From Vicugna vicugna (lineage: Eukaryota), in contig MU061017.1 in assembly GCA_013265495.1 (NCBI GenBank), positions 7,712,180-7,776,179 of the forward strand: 64,000 bases of DNA, read 5' to 3'. Position 1 is the stretch's first letter. The number at the start of each line of letters is the position of its first letter. Below, piece after piece: positions 10,411 through 21,760 of the stretch. A program made the position numbers and the translations under genes. Below the pieces are notes generated by a model that was given only the letters and a program-made list of their open reading frames with translations, was not told where the DNA came from and ran no database searches.

Positions 10411-11029
10411 GCAGACCCAGGGGAGGTCTCAAAGGAGCTTCAAATTTGAAAGTTGTTTGAAGGCAGAGATGATGATGGTCTCTCTTGACACAGAGGCGGT
10501 TTCTGACAAGTGTTCCTTGCCCAGGACAGTGCAGTAGCCCGCTGGCTCCCTGTCCCCATGCTCTCCAGTCCCTCGGTCCTGGGGCTGAACTCCGTCCCAT
10601 TCCAGGGAAGTCCGAGTCAGCAGTTTAATGACTCAGCATCGGAATGAGTCCTGGCTGCCGGTCTTAAACTTTGTCCCTTAGATCCAAACACCAAGCTGCT
10701 GACTTACAGTCCTCCCCCACCTGCACTGCCACTGTGGCACTCAAGTTTCTGTCTTGTCATCAACCTGAAACCTCACTTTGACTGTGCCAGAGCTGCCCTG
10801 GGACTCTGGTCAGGCCTTACTTGTCCCAGTTTTCTGAGAGCCTGGGGCCCTGAATCTGGACCCAGCCTCCCAGCTGGGACCCTGTCACCTGCTTCCAGCT
10901 CTTTCCTGAAGCTGCCAGCGTTGGCTGGGATACCTGCCTCTTGTCTGCCACAGGCTTTCCCAGTGCTGACCCCTGCCTGTCTGCTTGTACTTAAAGTCAC
11001 AAAATCTTGATGGTGGCTAGGGACACCAG

Positions 11030-11290
11030 TTTAACCCATTCCACTTTAGAATAGTTCCAACAATTGGTTTTCCTATCTACTGAGCCAGAATCTGCCTCTC
11101 TGTGCCTTCCAATGACTGTCCTGGCTCTGCCTGTCCCTCAGGGGCACACAGAACAGGCCTAGCGCTCTTCCTGTGACAGATCTGAAGCCCTGTCATTTCA
11201 CAGCCCCCAGCATCTTCTTTCTTCCAGAGATTCATCATTAGTGCCTCTGACTATTCCTTCCTTCTTGGCATTTGGATTCCACTTGTCATC
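11030..11290 (-). mobile_element. L3/CR1 relic
   Basis: tgagccagaatctgcctctctgtgccttccaatgactgtcctggctctgcc ... cacacagaacagg resembles antisense L3. Confidence 0.65.
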
Positions 11291-12167
11291 CTGGTCACCC
11301 TCCTCCGAATGGGTTATCTCTCTTCTCCTTCCCAGCTGGGATGTGGTTCCCCAAATCAGAGGCAGGCACTCCCCTCTTCTGCTTCCAATCCACCGCAGGC
11401 GCCTGCTCTAGCCTCATGGGACCTGGTCTCCAGGTCCAGAGGCCCTGGTCGGACCCATGCCCACCAAGCCCGACTGACCAGACTTTTGGTTAAAGAAAGC
11501 CCATCTGAGGTGTCCACCCACGCCTGTGAAATGCGCCCCACCCCCCGGCTCATCTCAGGCCGGCTTTTCTCTCAACCCCAGGCGGATGCTGCTTTGTGAA
11601 CGCCGGCGGCAGGCTGCCCCGCGTGTGATGTCTGTGTTAAGGAGCCAGGTGCGGGGAGGTTCCCTAGGTTGTGTCACCCCTGTGGCTTCTTCCGAGATGC
11701 GCTCTTCCCATCCTTTATAGTGCACAGTCTTTCAAGCAGGGAGCGACGCGGGCCGGGGAGGGAATGCCACTTTGCTGGCAACATTCACAAGTTTCCCCTG
11801 GTGGCAGGGATCTAACAACATGAGACTTTGAGCTTCCAGCTCACAGATGAAAGAACAGGGCTTTTCCCGGAGATGACAGAAGAGGCAAGCATATAGCCCT
11901 GGGGGGCCTCAGCAGGAAGCTCTGCTAAGGACTCGCTCCACAGAGGCCCCGCCATGGCCTGCCTGTGTGGGAGCAGAGCGGCGGGGCCCCCCCACCTCTG
12001 AGCAGCCCCCGGGAGGCTCAGGTCAGAGGACGGGGAAGGGGAGAGCTTCCCGATGGCCATTGCTCTTCCTGGAGTCCCTGGGGTTTCTGAACCTAAAGGG
12101 ACCTTTACCTGGCTGAATGCCAATTTCCCCTTTAGAGCCAGTTGGCAAGCCCTTGAGCGCTAAAGGA

Positions 12168-12258
12168 TTTTTTTTTTTTAATGGAGGTACTGGGGATTGA
12201 ACCCAGGACCTTGTGCATGCTAAGCATGAGCTCTACCACTGAGCTATACCTGCCCTCT
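12168..12258 (-). mobile_element. tRNA-Ala-derived SINE, camelid vic-1 type, with target-site duplication
   Basis: Minus strand reads gggcaggtaTAGCTCAGTGGtagagctcatgcttagcatgcacaaggtcctGGGTTCAATCCccagtacctccatt + A12; A and B boxes present; TSD GCTAAAGGA at 12159-12167 and 12259-12267. Confidence 0.88.
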
Positions 12259-12579
12259 GCTAAAGGAATTCAGTTGTGAAATGGAAACAAGTGAAGTCAG
12301 TGGAGATGGAGTCGGGTGGTGAGTGTCCGTGGATCGCCCCCATTGGAGCACTCCCTGTGTTTAATCCACTTCTTCCTCGTCTGCCCACGAATTATCTCCT
12401 GGAGAGAAATACTCTTAGGAGGTGGACCAGGGGCTGCTGCTCTTGGCTTATAGTTACAGCCTGTAACTTTCGGGTCTCGCTCCAACGCCTGTCTCATCAT
12501 GAAGCCATGGAGATGGTCCCCTGGGGGAGCTTGGAGTTCACATCCAAGCCTTCGTATCCTAGGCATTAGGGAACAAGGC

Positions 12580-12790
12580 AACCTTGGATTCAAAATCATG
12601 GGTCTGACTCTCCCTTATTAGCCATGTCCCTTTAAGCGAGTTACTCAACCTTTCTCATGCTTAGTTTCCCATCTAGAAACTGGGGAGATGACACTTTGCC
12701 ATGGAAGGTTATCATATTAATTGAGAGGAGATATGTAGAATACTAAACAATGTGTGTAGGATCCAGTAGTATTTAATGAACATTACTTCC
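12580..12790 (+). mobile_element. MIR SINE
   Basis: ttggattcaaaatc ... gcgagttactcaacctttctcatgcttagtttcccatctag. Confidence 0.65.
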
Positions 12791-12899
12791 CCTTCTTTCG
12801 TTTCTTTAGGAAATAGTTTGCCCGACATTATGGGCAAGTGGGATTCTGCATGGCCTCGCTTGGGAGTAGAATGGGGGATGGGCTTTACTGACACACAAA

Positions 12900-13080
12900 C
12901 TTGGAAATGAATTATAGGCTCAGCATGTGACCTTGCGCAAATTATTTGGCCTCTGTTTTCTACTATAAAATGGGGGTAATAATATCACCCTATATATTGA
13001 GGTTTATGTGTGATAATGTATGCAAAACGGTAGCACAGTGCCTGATAATTCATAGGAGGTCAGTAAATAATAGTTACTAC
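12900..13080 (+). mobile_element. MIR SINE
   Basis: tgtgaccttgcgcaaattatttggcctctgttttctactataaaatgggggtaataatat ... cacagtgcctg. Confidence 0.75.
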
Positions 13081-13104
13081 CAGTAGTTCTGCCATAATTA
13101 TTAT

Positions 13105-13506
13105 TACCACAGTTTTCTGCTGCTGCCATAACGAATCACCACAAATTTAGTGACTTAAACTGGACAGATTTATTAATTTACAGTCAGAAGTCCAACGTGG
13201 GTCTTGCTGAGCTAAAACTAAGATGTCAGCAAGGCTGTGATCCTTTCTGGAAGCTCTAGGGGAGAATCCCATTTCCTGCTCATGTGGGTTGTTGGCAGAA
13301 TTCAGTTCCTTGCGGTTGTAAAATCAAGGTTCTTGTTTTACCACTGGCTGTCAGCTGAGACTGTTCCCAGCTTCTAGAGTCTGCTGCATCCCTTGGCTCA
13401 TGGCCCCTTTTTCCATCTTCAAAGCTCAGGGTCAAGTCATTCTCACATCACAGCTTCCTGACCTCAGCCAGGAAAGGTTCTCTGATTTTAAGACCTCGTG
13501 AGATGA
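13105..13506 (-). mobile_element. MLT1 (MaLR) LTR, MLT1D-like, running into an N-gap
   Basis: ctgctgccataacgaatcaccacaaatttagtgacttaaa ... tctggaagctctaggggagaatcc ... ttggcagaattcagttccttgcggttgta are MLT1 hallmarks. Confidence 0.85.
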
Positions 13507-13661
13507 NNNNNNNNNNNNNNNNNNNNNNNNNNNNNNNNNNNNNNNNNNNNNNNNNNNNNNNNNNNNNNNNNNNNNNNNNNNNNNNNNNNNNNNNNNNNNN
13601 NNNNNNNNNNNNNNNNNNNNNNNNNNNNNNNNNNNNNNNNNNNNNNNNNNNNNNNNNNNNN
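13507..13661. other. Assembly gap (155 N)
   Basis: N run. Confidence 0.99.
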
Positions 13662-14589
13662 GCTGCTTGGATAGCTTCCAAATTGGGATCTTGAACCACT
13701 TTGAAAGCCTTCTCTTGAGCAGTGCTGTAGGTAGGGAACCATGCATGCACTTGGAAACCGGCCCCAGTCCACTCCTTGACCCGACTGCCTGACTCCTGTT
13801 GCAGTCAACCGTTTTGCACAAGAACCAGGCAGCCCAGAGCACTGAAGCTGATGCATTTCCTCAGTGGGTCGAAGGAACCCAACAGGACGGCCAATGACTG
13901 TGACTGAGATTGAACCACAGGAGAGAGAGAGAGAGCCGGGAAGAAACTGTGTAACGGGAAGCACTTCATCACGTTGATTTAACGTGTCAGGGTTCTAAAG
14001 GAGTAACCTACCAGCAGAATGTTGTCGGAGGCCGTGTCACGTGGGCTCTGCTGGACTTGGCTTAGAGTGATGTGTTTATTTCCTGCCATGGGGCCTTGAA
14101 AGAATAATGTCCCCCCAGAGTCCCAGCAGCCTGTCTGTCACTCTGCCTGTCATCCTTCCAGAACCCGAGAGATCCTCTTGTGTTCTAGGAAACCACGTGA
14201 TGTGGGAAGGAACTGCTATGAGCAAGGAATTAGGGGAGCTGGGTTCTGAGGCTGCTCCACCCCATTCCTCTGGCCCCTGGTACTTATGTGATGATGACAG
14301 TTCCCTGCAGCGGGCTAAGGTCTGGGGGAGATACTGGAAACAGGATGTTTTGTTGTTAATGTTCTGATGTGGAAAAGCAGGACTCAGACATGAGGGAAAC
14401 GTGGGGAAGCACAAAACACGGAAGCCTTGGCCCTAAACAGCGAGCTCCAGAGTTAAGCAGTGGTGACTGCGGTCCAGGGACCATGGGCACGTTTGGGCTT
14501 CTTTTTACCTTCTTGATATATCGCCTGTTTCCATCCAATGAAAGGGCAGGGGACCATCACTTTCAAGGGCCATGTCACTGGGGATGGAA

Positions 14590-14790
14590 TGACATTTGTG
14601 TGCATTGAGCACCTAATAGGTGCCTGTCACTATCTATAAATGATATAATTTAATTTTTACAACAATCTCCAGAGGTAGGTTTGATAATGTCTGCTTTGTA
14701 GGTATCGAAACCGAAACTCAGAGAGGCTACGTTCTCCCATGCAGAACAAGGAAGACCTTGTATTTGAACCCCAATTTCTTTGGCCCCAAC
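14590..14790 (-). mobile_element. MIR SINE
   Basis: gcattgagcacctaataggtgcc ... tttgtaggtatcgaaaccgaaactcagagagg. Confidence 0.65.
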
Positions 14791-15529
14791 CCTGTGCTCC
14801 ATCTGCCACACTGGGCACCTCCCGTTTGTACCCTTCCTGGGCTCCCCTCTGCGGAGCCCCTGGGAGGAGTGGGCAGAAGGTGGGCTTGAACGAGGACACC
14901 TGGGACACTTCAATTTCGTTACAGCAGCAGAAGGCAGACGCCTCGCCTGAGCCCTCCTTATTGCCCCCCTGCCCTTGCAGGTTCCCTTGGCAGACATTTG
15001 AGAGGGAGAAATTAACTTAAAATTGAACTGCAGGAGTGGTGCTGAAGGCACCTTTAGTCTAAAAATAAGAGCAGAGGCTGTGCGGCTCAGAGAAGACGCG
15101 TCTGCTCACTGCCTTTATTTATAGCCGCTTATTTATTAGATTCCAAATGATGTTTAACCAGGAATCATATGGCAGTGATCTTTGATTACTTATGCAGCTA
15201 ATGGCTGAACATATATTATTATTGCTATTTATTCAGCGCTGTTAAATCTACTGGGTGCTTCTCTCCCAGGAAGGCACCGAGGAGAGGGTTCCGGAGAGTC
15301 CTTGCCTTCTAAGATCAGCAAGGCCCTGGGGGAGGAGAGGGAAGGTGGCTTGGCGGGTGACCCTAGAGACCAGGCGAGGGGCTCTGCAAGGAATACTTTC
15401 CTTTTTTTGAAAGTAGCGATCTTTTGAAATAGAAGGAGTGGGGATGGGAGTTGGAAAGGACACTCTGAAAGGGAAAGAAGTGTGTACGGTAAGAGTCAGG
15501 GCTTTTGGAGTCAGAAACATCTAGACTTA

Positions 15530-15720
15530 TAATAATAGCAACATTTATTAAGTAGTTATTGTATGCCAGGGACTATGCCGTTCAAAATTCTTTAATGCTA
15601 CCAGTATGTCCATTTTACAGATGAGAAAGCCAAGGCTCAGAGAATTAAGTAACTTATCCAGGGTCACACAGCTTGGTGTGAGGCTGGAGCCAGCCTTAAA
15701 ATCCAGGCTCCGTCTGCTTC
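15530..15720 (-). mobile_element. MIR SINE
   Basis: aataatagcaacatttattaag ... cattttacagatgagaaagccaaggctcagagaattaagtaacttatccagggtcacacag. Confidence 0.85.
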
Positions 15721-17573
15721 TGGAGACCATGTGTCCATTATACTGATCTGTCCTACTTCAAAACCAGTGCCCTCTCCTCTTTTGCTTAAGCTTAACTTTT
15801 TGAATAAACAGCCCAAGAAAAGGATGGAAAACTTGTTGTCCTTGAGGCCTGGAAAGAGTGTGGAGCCTGGAGTTCTTGGCATCCTCAGACTCTCCTGAAG
15901 TGCTCGGCGTGAACTACCAGCAGTCCCCAGGGCACGGTCCACCCCCGCCTCTCCCATCTCTGGGCCCTTGCTCCCTCCACCTGGATTACTCACCCCTCGC
16001 CTCACCTGCCCCGCAGAATTTCCTTCATCGTTCAAGACCTCGCTCTTCCTCTAAGGAAACTTCCCTGACTGTCCTTTCCATCCCCACTCACAGGGCTTTC
16101 TGCCTCTCCGGCTCCCGCGGCGCGGTGTGGGTGACCGACCACCTCAGCCCTCAGCTCATAGGACACAGTGACTAGAGATGTTCAGGCTTTGGTTTCTTTG
16201 AGAAACTCAGTTAAGACCACATCTTCCTACTTGTCACTCCTCTGCCCTTGCTTTTAAGGTGTTCAGCAAACACGGGTGGACTGAATGAATGGATGAATGA
16301 ATGACTCAGTTCTTACGCTGGGCTGCCATGGAGAAGGTATCAACTCCCCTTGGGGCCATATACCCACTGGCTTTGAAAATGGGGACCCTGGGGCAGGAAA
16401 CAGGGACTACATGAGCTACCTGACACATCCTGAAATAGAACAGCAAGGAGCCTGGGACATTCTGATGGGGGAGAAGGGAAGACGTTAGAAAGGCTGGGTG
16501 CAAAAGGTGGGTTTCCAGAGTGTCCTCCCAGTGCCCCTCTCGTCCCTGTACCAGACATGCAGGCTCTGGCCTTTCCAGTACTAGCAGAACACACCGTGTG
16601 GAGCATTTGACCTTTAGAAGGAGGACTGTGTGCTTGGCCCAGCATCGCAGAGTCCCCCTGCCCGGCGTGGCTCTGATGCCGGACTCTCACCCCGGGAGGC
16701 ACTGCCCCTCAGTGGGGTGGGCCGGCGTCGCGCCCCTTCACCCCAGCCCTTCATCTCTGCAGACACTGCCAGAGGCTGCCTGGGGTTTGGCCAGATGCCA
16801 GGCTGCTTAAAGTGAGGCTCCTCAGACAGTCGCAAGAAGGGATCCAGTTGGAAGAAGCGTAGAGGGGGCTGGGGAAGAAGCCGGGTGGGGCAGGAGCCGT
16901 GACCAGCTGGAGAAGCTCGGGGCTCAGGAGAGAAGTCCAGGAGGAGAATGAGTCCCAGGCCATGTGAGCTGTTGAATTTTCAGGGGTCACATCACCCCTT
17001 GGGGCCCCCGTTTCCCAGGCCGTGGTCTCCCCGGCCCCGTCCAGCTTGGGATTCTGTGTTTCCGAGTGGTTCTCCTCTCTGGAGGCCACGCCAGATGCAC
17101 TGGAGCCTCCTGACTGTCCCCCTCCGTTGTTTTCTCTTCCCTCTGCCCCTCGAAGTATTTACTGTCCACCTGGGTCTAGATTATCCCCTGATTAAGTGCC
17201 ATTTAGCTGTTGGCTGCCCGTTCACTCAGTTTTATAGACACGTTCAACGAGGCACAGAGGCCAAGGCCTGATTTTGGAGAGGGAGGGTAATGAGAACAGG
17301 GCAGCGGCGGCCCACTTAGACTGGATTTTAATAAAGTTTCCAGCTAACCTAAATCAGCCACATCACAGGCGGCCCAGCGACCGCTGCGCGTTCCGGGTCA
17401 GCCCGGCGCTGCCTCCCCAGGCTGGGGCCCGCCAGAAAGCACGAGATCTGGGCTGGGGGGCATGGCGGTGGGACCCCTGCTGGAGGGGAAGTGCTGGTCT
17501 CAAGCAGAGGCCCCTCCTTGACAGCAAGGGTAGGGCGGCTATTGCGAAGCGCTGGAGGTGAAGGCTCTCGGAG

Positions 17574-17721
17574 NNNNNNNNNNNNNNNNNNNNNNNNNNN
17601 NNNNNNNNNNNNNNNNNNNNNNNNNNNNNNNNNNNNNNNNNNNNNNNNNNNNNNNNNNNNNNNNNNNNNNNNNNNNNNNNNNNNNNNNNNNNNNNNNNNN
17701 NNNNNNNNNNNNNNNNNNNNN
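17574..17721. other. Assembly gap (148 N)
   Basis: N run. Confidence 0.99.
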
Positions 17722-18054
17722 AGCAGGATGTCAAGGAAAAAAGAGCCCTCCGTGGGGTGGAGGGAGCGAAGAAGGAAAACAGAACTGGTGAGAGAATGAC
17801 AAGGGGAGTGATTTCCAAGCTTTGGCTGGAATCATCGGAAAGAAGTCAAATTGAAATGCAAATCCTGTGTCTCTCAGAGCTCTGGCGAGGAAGAAATGCA
17901 TTTGGTGGTGTCACCTTGGCGGCGATGGGCAGCCAGACGGGCGGCGGGGAGGGCTTCCCCAGCTGCTCGGTGGAAGGAAAGATGGCCTCAGCTTCTGCCC
18001 TGATCAGGGAGTTGGCCTGGGCCCACGGGAGAGTTTTCCGGAGGCAGGCCATGC

Positions 18055-19190
18055 TTACTTATGAGGCCTGTGAGGTCCTGCATGATCTGGCCTTGACCTC
18101 TCCGCCTGCATCTCTCAAAGCTATTCTCCTCTCTCGCGCAACTCTGCCCACACTGGCCTTGAATGTGCCCAGAGCCCTCCTGTCTTAGGGCCTCACCCAT
18201 TCTGTTCCCTTTGTCTCGACCATGATTTGACCCCCCTGCCCCGCAGATAGAGTGTCATTTCTGCACATCAGCCTTCGAGCTGCACTCCTAATGCCTGATG
18301 CAGTTTCCCCGTTGCGTGTGGGGAGTGAGGGATGGATGGATAAAGAGTCTTCCCTGCTTAAAATCTTCTGCAGTTACCTGTGGCCTACGAGTCCAAACAG
18401 CTGCGGATAGTACCTGTGTTAATTTGCTGGGGCTTCCATCCCGGATACCACAGACCGAGGGCCTTAAACAACAGAATTTTATTTTCTTACGANNNNNNNN
18501 NNNNNNNNNNNNNNNNNNNNNNNNNNNNNNNNNNNNNNNNNNNNNNNNNNNNNNNNNNNNNNNNNNNNNNNNNNNNNNNNNNNNNNNNNNNNNNNNNNNN
18601 NNNNNNNNNNNNNNNNNNNNNNNNNNNTGTCAGTCTACGTGTCCAAACTCCCTTTTCCTGTAAGGACGCTAGTCGGATTGGATTAGGACCTGCCCTAATG
18701 ACCTCAGTGTAACTTAATCACCTCTTTGAAGGACGTATCTCCAAATACAGTCATAATCTGAGATACAGGGGGGTTAGGTTTCAACACAGGAGTTTTAGGG
18801 GAACACAGTTCAGCTCATAACAGCACCCGTGTGATCCAGCCCCTGCCCAGCTCACCAGTCACGCCTCCACCTACCCTCCCAGCTCTGCTCTGCCGGACGT
18901 TCCCTGAACATGCTCTGCTTTTCCCATCACCATACCCAGAAGGATTTTGTCCATGTGTCTGCCTGATGAATCCCTACTAATTCTCTGAAACCCAGTTTAA
19001 ATGTCATGTTTCCCATTTTTTAAAGGAGAATTAAGGCTTTATTTCCTTGTTTCACAAATAAAGCTGGCTGTGTTGGTTGCTTTTCGGTGATTAGTGAAAG
19101 AAGTGTTCCCCGGCGCTGTTTTGCCCTCCCTTCCTACTGTCCGCACTCTCCTGTGTCATCGTGCCTTATAAACACCTTTATCACAGCAGG
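18055..19190 (+). mobile_element. L2 relic split by an MLT1 LTR
   Basis: gtcctgcatgatctggcc and cttccctgcttaaaatcttc before 18415; L2-like CT-rich sequence resumes after 18822. Confidence 0.6.
18415..18822 (-). mobile_element. MLT1B/C-like solo LTR (contains a 135-N gap at 18493-18627)
   Basis: TG...CA ends; gattggattaggacctgccctaatgacctca and ggaacacagttcagctcataaca; near-matching 5-bp TSD GTACC/GCACC. Confidence 0.88.
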
Positions 19191-19199
19191 TTTGCTAAT

Positions 19200-19700
19200 G
19201 AGTCTTTCCCAAATGTGCTATGCTCTTTGGAGATTGAATAATCCAGGCCAGAGATGATGTTGGCTTAGGTGGGTGACAATGGAGGTGATGAGAAGTAAAC
19301 AGGTCTTTTTGAAGTTGAATTGACCAGTCTTTGTAGTAGATTGGATGCGGAGGATGAAGAAAGGTTAAGAATGGCCAGGTTTCTGGCTTGATGGACTTGG
19401 TAGCCAGGGTATTGTTTATTAAGAAGGGAAAGAACAGAAGGGGAGCAACCTTGGGGTTGGCGTGCGGGGAAGGGGAGAGCACGAATTCCTTTTGAGAGGT
19501 GTTAAATTTGAGTTGCTTATAAGACATCCAAGTCAAGATGTCAAGAAGTCAAGTGGTTACAAGATAGTAGACCTCAGAAGAGAGATCTTGGATGAATATA
19601 TAAATAGAAGAGTCATCGGCATGTAAGCGGTATTCTGAGCTGTGGGATCAGGCAGTCTCCTAGGGAGAGAGTGGTGTGGAGAGTCTAGGACTGAGCAACC
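19200..19700 (-). mobile_element. L2 relic
   Basis: Purine-rich antisense L2: ccaggccagagatgatgttggc, gttaaatttgagttgcttataagacatccaag. Confidence 0.8.
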
Positions 19701-20194
19701 TAAAGCTTTCATTCAAAAAAAGAAAGATACCATTTTGCAAAGCAGACATGTTCTGGTGAATCCACAGTAAACGGCAAGACTAAAAGTAGCTACAAGACTT
19801 AACCAGCCAAAATATTTTGACTGGCAAGAAAGAAAGGAAAACTGTGAATTTTATGTCTGGGGGGCATACTGGCCAATGATGGTAGACTAGTCATAGAAAA
19901 ATAGGAAATGGTCCTGAAAGACCAGCATGTCTCTTGGAGACCAGCTGACACCATGTTATGCCAGTGTGACCTCACACCCTGCTTTGAATAAAGTGGAACA
20001 CTGGCCCTGGAGTATCCGTTTGCCAGGCTGGAGAAAGTTTTCCCTAGTGATGTGTCGGAAGAGTCTCAAGGGATAAATCATGAACACAGACTTGCAAATA
20101 AGTGCAAAACGTTTCCAGACCATTAACACTTTCTGGTAAGCCTTCTTTTCTGGGAGAAAACAGATTGCAACGAACAGCATATGCATTTGATTTA

Positions 20195-20700
20195 ATTAGT
20201 GACTGATTGATCCATTCTCTAATTCATACTCCGTATTATGACCAAGCCACTGTAAGTCAAGGTTAGGAAGAAAAAGAAGGATTGTATTTGATTCCTGACC
20301 TCCAAGGGCTTGTGGAGACAATACTAACAGCTATGAAAAACAGAATGACAGTGTAAGACAAGTTAATAACTAGAGGAAGGCAAAGCATGTAGAAGTGTCT
20401 GATGAAACGTGGAGACAGTACACGGTATAAGAGCCTGGAAGAGGGAGAGCTCACTCTCTTTGTACCAAAGTCATCAAGGAAAGCTTTTCTGTGCTCATCT
20501 GACCCAAATGTTTATCTTGGGGAAGAGAAGGAAGGGTGCTTTTTAGTGTGTACAGGAAGTCGACGGGATGGAATGAAATCTCTGAGCTGTGTACTTCTGT
20601 GGAAGGTGACATTTAGATCTGCTGCCATCTATTGGTGAGTGTGGAAAGGAGCCAGGAGCATGGTCCGCAGGTGGTAGAAACAGAAGGTGCCAAGAAAAAC
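20195..20700 (-). mobile_element. L2 relic
   Basis: Antisense L2-like tail and body (gacatttagatctgctgcc). Confidence 0.5.
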
Positions 20701-20754
20701 TGGGTGTTGGCACCTACCTCTCTGGGACAAGTAAGCTTTGGTCTAGTCCACTGT

Positions 20755-20913
20755 CATTAAAAATATGGTCCTGATACCAGCAGCATTGAAATCACCTGGG
20801 AATATGTTAAAACGCAGACTCTCAATCCCTACTCCAGACCTACAAACTCAGTATCCATGGTTTACCCAACCTCCCAGGTGATTCTCATGTTCATTAAAGT
20901 TTGAAAAACACTG
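20755..20913. mobile_element. MER5A (hAT-Charlie) element
   Basis: cagcagcattgaaatcacctgggaatatgttaaaacgcagactctc ... ccaggtgattctcatgttcattaaagtttgaaaaacactg. Confidence 0.85.
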
Positions 20914-20924
20914 ATCTTGTTCTG

Positions 20925-21080
20925 GTGATTTAAGACGCAGAATTCTGGGCTGCTTCCCAGCCCTCTCCCTAGAGATTTTGATTGGTGAGACTGGGATGAG
21001 ACCTGGAAATTCATATTTTTAGTAAGTACCCTCAGATGATGACTTTTCTGCCACCAGGAAAGTTTTGACAGCTCTGCTCC
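20925..21080. mobile_element. MER5-family fragment
   Basis: gcagaattctgggctgcttcccag ... agagattttgattggtgagactgggatgagacctggaaattcatatttttagtaagtaccctcagatgat. Confidence 0.65.
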
Positions 21081-21554
21081 AGCTGGGTCCCTGGGTCAGG
21101 CCAGCTTTCTCACCATGCATCCGCCTGGATATAGGCGATCTTCTTTACACTGAAATCATTCTTTTCAAGACCACCAATTAAATGGCTTTTTCTTGGTTTC
21201 TCAACCTCCTTTATCTCTGTGCAGCAGTTCCCAGTTTTGGCGACCTCTTCCTTTTAGAGGCTCTCTCTTGATCTTGGTTTCCATTAGTCTTCTTGCCTTG
21301 TTCTTCTATTCTTAACTCCTTTTTCACTGCTTTTTCTGATTATTCTTCTTCCCTTCACCCTTCACCCTTCCCTCGCTCTTTCTGGGTTGTCTGGTCCGCT
21401 CTGTGGCTGTAACTACCTTCTGGGTGTAAACAGCTTCCACATCATCTGCAAGCATAGGTCTCTGCAGCCCCAGCTGTGTGTGGGAGGTCCCACACGTGGG
21501 ACAGCACCGTTCAGGCTGAGGACCCATGATGCTCCCCTCAGAGGCAGCCAGTCT

Positions 21555-21760
21555 GTGGGCTTTAGAACCAAACCCCCTTGGGTCTGAATCCTGCTCTCCT
21601 CTTGTCTGCTGACGGATCTTGAGTAAATTAATTTACTGTTGAGTCTCCTTTTACCTCTAAAGTGAGATTAATAATACCCACGTCAGAGGATTATTTTTGA
21701 GACCAGTTGGGATAATGTATATAAAATGGGTGACATATAATAAATGCTTAATAAATGTCA
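21555..21760 (+). mobile_element. MIR SINE
   Basis: ttgggtctgaatcctgctctcc ... ttgagtaaattaatt ... gagattaataatacccacgtcagaggattatt. Confidence 0.75.

Noticed and set aside
12182-12255. Possible functional tRNA-Ala(AGC) gene
   Set aside because: Acceptor and anticodon stems are imperfect, and it has an A tail and TSD: a SINE, not a tRNA gene.
15036-15046. REST/NRSE half-site GTGGTGCTGAA (also at about 37760-37770)
   Set aside because: The second half-site (GGACAG/CTGTCC) is missing at the canonical spacing.
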